From positions 62,001 through 126,000 of the forward strand of contig CAXGAI010000007.1 of the NCBI GenBank assembly GCA_964007735.1: a DNA stretch of 64,000 bases, in the 5' to 3' direction. A model generated the notes under the pieces. That model was not told where the DNA came from and did no database searches. It worked only from the letters and a program-made list of their open reading frames with translations. Positions within the stretch are counted from its first letter, which is position 1; the number at the start of each line of letters is the position of its first letter. The position numbers were made by a program, and so were the translations under genes. Positions 60,902-64,000 of this stretch are shown piece by piece. Source of the stretch: an uncultured Rhodopirellula sp. (lineage in GTDB: Bacteria; Planctomycetota; Planctomycetia; Pirellulales; Pirellulaceae).

Positions 60902-62821
60902 ATGTTAGCAATCGTCAAACAATCTAATTATTTCACGTTGTTGGGTTTACTACTGTATTTGACGGCCATTGATACAGCCACCGCTCAGGTGACGATCACT
61001 CCTGAAATGCGGAAGGCTGAAAATGCACTTCGCATTAAGATTACTCGTGCCGGGAACTGGTTTGCTCAAGGGAAGATTGATGAGTCAGCAGACCTGGTTG
61101 AAGAAGTCCAAAAAGAGTTTGAGGAGCAGATGAAGGGCGCTGATCAGCAACGTTTGGCTTTGTATTCGAAAGTTTACAACATGCTTAAAAAGGCACATGC
61201 CTTGCTTGAACTCGAAGGGATTGAGCTTGCTGCGTTAAAGCAGCCGATGGTGGCTAAGCCAATGCCCAAACCGCCGGCAAATCCTGGTAATCCCGGCAAT
61301 GCGCCGATGACTTTGAATGCTGTCCCGGAAGGCAAGATCAGTTTTGTGAATCATGTAACTCCGATCCTGATGGCCAAATGTGGAAATTGTCATGTGAGAC
61401 AGGCGCGTGGGATGTTTAGCATGGAGTCTTTTGAGACTTTGATGAAAGGTCCGGACGCCGGTGTGGTTATCTTTCCTAAAGATGCTGCCGGAAGTCGATT
61501 GATTGAAGTGATCGAAGAGGGAGATATGCCTCGTGGGGGGTTAAAGATTACCGATGTCGAATTGGCTGTGCTGAAAAAATGGATTGATGAAGGGGCTGAA
61601 TATGATGCAGATGATCCTAAAGGATTACTTGTTGATTTAAATCCTGACGCCAGTGTCGGTGATTTGCCTGTCGTCAAGCCAATGAAGTCAACGGGTACGG
61701 AGACAGTGAGTTTCAAAAATGATGTGGCTCCGATTCTGATGCAGAACTGTGCTTCTTGTCACGGCTTTGGTGATCGTCCTTCGGGTCGGTTTGACCTTGC
61801 CTCGTTTAGTGCCATGATGCGGGGTGGGGAAAATGGCCCTCCCATTCTGCCGGGTAATCCGGACGAAAGCTTTTTGGTAAAGAAACTATTAGGAACGGGT
61901 GGCGGTCAGCGCATGCCTCGGGGACGTGAGCCGTTAGATGATGCTCAAATGGAGATTGTCACAACATGGATTAAAGAAGGTGCCACCTTTGATGGATTGG
62001 ACTTTACCACGAATATCCGTCGGGTTGTGGCGATTGCGGTTGCTGAGAACAGTACGCATCAGGAACTTGCATCGCAGCGTACCGCATTGGCTGCTTCTAA
62101 CTGGAATCTGGCAATGCCGGGCATTAATCATGCGACGGCTGATAGCGTAAATTTCCACTTGCTTGGGACGCTAACAGCAGCTCGTCTGATGGAATATGGT
62201 ACTCAGGCAGAAACCATTGCCAGGAAAGTTGGCTTAGCACTTAAATTGCCAGCCGAAAAACCTCTACTTAAAGGTAAGATCACCCTCTACTTCTTTAATC
62301 AACGATACGACTACGGTGAGTTTGGTACGATGATCGAGAAAAGATCGCTGCCGCGTCAATGGAAAGGGCATTTCAATTACGATATCGTTGATGCCTACGG
62401 AACTGTTTTGATTCCTCGTTCGGAAGACTATACTTTTGACGGGCTGGTAGCTGAGCATGTGGCTGGTATCTATGCTCGCAGTATAGGAGATGTACCAACC
62501 TGGTTTTCGAACGGTATGTCGAGAGTGATTGCAGCCAAAGTTGTCAAAGGGGACGCACGTATTGATGCCTGGAAAGAATCGATCCCTACGGCGGCGAGCC
62601 GTGTCGCAAAATCATCCGATATTGTCACGGGGAAACTCGGTGGTGAAGATGGTGCTTTACTCTCTTACAGCTATGTTCAATTCCTGATGGGAAATCAGGC
62701 TCGTTGGAATACGCTTGTAAAAGCTATTAGCAATGGTGCTAACTTCAATGATGCCTTTACCGGAGCTTATGGCGACACGCCAGAGAAGATTTCTGAAATC
62801 TGGTGGAAGTCCGGCTCGTAA
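60902..62821 (+). CDS. Exported di-haem protein with two planctomycete cytochrome c domains
   Basis: Signal peptide; ISF..V.PIL..CGNCH...MP...WIDEGA and VSF..V.PIL..CASCH...MP...WIKEGA. Confidence 0.88.
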   Translation: MLAIVKQSNYFTLLGLLLYLTAIDTATAQVTITPEMRKAENALRIKITRAGNWFAQGKIDESADLVEEVQKEFEEQMKGADQQRLALYSKVYNMLKKAHALLELEGIELAALKQPMVAKPMPKPPANPGNPGNAPMTLNAVPEGKISFVNHVTPILMAKCGNCHVRQARGMFSMESFETLMKGPDAGVVIFPKDAAGSRLIEVIEEGDMPRGGLKITDVELAVLKKWIDEGAEYDADDPKGLLVDLNPDASVGDLPVVKPMKSTGTETVSFKNDVAPILMQNCASCHGFGDRPSGRFDLASFSAMMRGGENGPPILPGNPDESFLVKKLLGTGGGQRMPRGREPLDDAQMEIVTTWIKEGATFDGLDFTTNIRRVVAIAVAENSTHQELASQRTALAASNWNLAMPGINHATADSVNFHLLGTLTAARLMEYGTQAETIARKVGLALKLPAEKPLLKGKITLYFFNQRYDYGEFGTMIEKRSLPRQWKGHFNYDIVDAYGTVLIPRSEDYTFDGLVAEHVAGIYARSIGDVPTWFSNGMSRVIAAKVVKGDARIDAWKESIPTAASRVAKSSDIVTGKLGGEDGALLSYSYVQFLMGNQARWNTLVKAISNGANFNDAFTGAYGDTPEKISEIWWKSGS

Positions 62822-62840
62822 AGGCTGGTGGATCGCATAA

Positions 62841-63902
62841 GTGTTTATTCTCGAAGTTGAATCCGCTCCGGAGTATTTGGTTCAGCAGCAGGTGGTTGCA
62901 GATCCGTCTGAGGTTTCTGTTAGTCTGTTGACTGGTGGCGTCTCAAACCGGGTATTACTGGTTGAATTCGCAGATCGGAACCGAGCCAACTGGGTTGTTA
63001 AACAGGCCCGCGATCGTCTGGCTGTTGAACAGGAATGGTTGTGTAGTGTTGAAAGGGTGATTCGTGAAATGGACACGTTGCAGATTTGCAACGAATTGAT
63101 TCAAGCAGCCTCCGCACCATCCATCGGGGTGCAAGCCGTGGTTCCGGCCATCCATTTTGAAGATAGAGAGAACTACGTCTATGCAATGACAGCCGCAGCA
63201 GAAGATTGTCGCGTTTGGAAGCGTGATTTGCTTGATGGTGTGGTTGATCAAGCAGTTGCTAAAGCGTGCGGGTGGATGCTCGGTGTTTTACATTCAGGCA
63301 GTTGGAAAGCTGAGGCAATTCAAAATTTGATTGGTTCGACCGAATTTTTTGATGATCTACGACTTGATCCTTACTATCGCCAGATAACACGAGTTCATCC
63401 GGAATTACAGGCTCCTGTTAGTCGATTACTTGAGTCGAATATCAATCATCGTAACTGCCTTGTGCATGGCGATTACAGCCCCAAGAATATTCTGGTGAAT
63501 GATCAATGCGTGGTTCTGTTGGACTTTGAGGTCGGGCACTTCGGAGACCCGGCTTTTGATTTAGGTTTCTTTCTGACTCACTTGCATATTAAAGCCCTGA
63601 TTGCAGGTAATCGATTTGATGAATATGCGTCATTAATAGATGTGTTTTGGAATGCTTATGTAGAGGAAATATCCAAAGTTCTGTCAGAACAGGAGTTCGT
63701 GGCGTTGGAACAACGATCCTGTTTGAATTTAGGAGGTTGTTTGGTTGCACGAATAGATGGAAAGAGTCCAGTGGAGTATCTGGCCGATGATTCAACCAAG
63801 GCCGTGGTTCGAAATGTGGGTTGGCAAGTCTTGGTAGACGAAGTGGAAGGTTTAGGGGCGGTTCGTGAAATTATGCGAATCCAGTTATCTAAAGAGCAAT
63901 AA
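62841..63902 (+). CDS. APH/methylthioribose-kinase-like phosphotransferase
   Basis: GGVSN, VVKQA, HGDYSPKNIL, LDFE and GDPAFD. Confidence 0.87.
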   Translation: MFILEVESAPEYLVQQQVVADPSEVSVSLLTGGVSNRVLLVEFADRNRANWVVKQARDRLAVEQEWLCSVERVIREMDTLQICNELIQAASAPSIGVQAVVPAIHFEDRENYVYAMTAAAEDCRVWKRDLLDGVVDQAVAKACGWMLGVLHSGSWKAEAIQNLIGSTEFFDDLRLDPYYRQITRVHPELQAPVSRLLESNINHRNCLVHGDYSPKNILVNDQCVVLLDFEVGHFGDPAFDLGFFLTHLHIKALIAGNRFDEYASLIDVFWNAYVEEISKVLSEQEFVALEQRSCLNLGGCLVARIDGKSPVEYLADDSTKAVVRNVGWQVLVDEVEGLGAVREIMRIQLSKEQ

Positions 63903-63907
63903 ACTAA

Positions 63908-64000
<93 letters not shown>

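Overview
Gene-dense, mid-GC bacterial chromosomal window. Gene content (planctomycete-type cytochrome c domains, a membrane Ser/Thr kinase, giant TPR proteins with ExbB/ExbD, an acidic HTH membrane protein) points to a planctomycete, probably Pirellulaceae-like; this assignment is an inference. Housekeeping genes: mdh, xerD, galE, rpmE-prfA-prmC, aroC, rpmB-gatCAB-bioA, hisN, dksA-like/lspA, thrC-dapB, metH and the start of eno. Accessory blocks worth attention: (1) an atypical MotA/ExbB-type motor triad with a long ExbB tail and two coiled-coil ExbD-like subunits, one lacking the proton-carrying Asp; (2) a glutaredoxin/TIGR04282-type transferase/ThiO/flavoprotein/radical SAM/degenerate metallophosphoesterase/GT-C cluster resembling an organoarsenic (arsenosugar-like) pathway, with a perfect palindrome in its promoter; (3) a giant System II cytochrome c maturation pair whose ResB carries an inserted YWTD-like beta-propeller; (4) a TPR-TPR-ExbB-ExbD-ExbD operon without TonB; (5) a degenerate FliF/FliG remnant; (6) a candidate structured RNA between rpmB and gatC. 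I saw no rRNA, tRNA, CRISPR array or transposase. All calls come from reading motifs by eye; no database searches were run.
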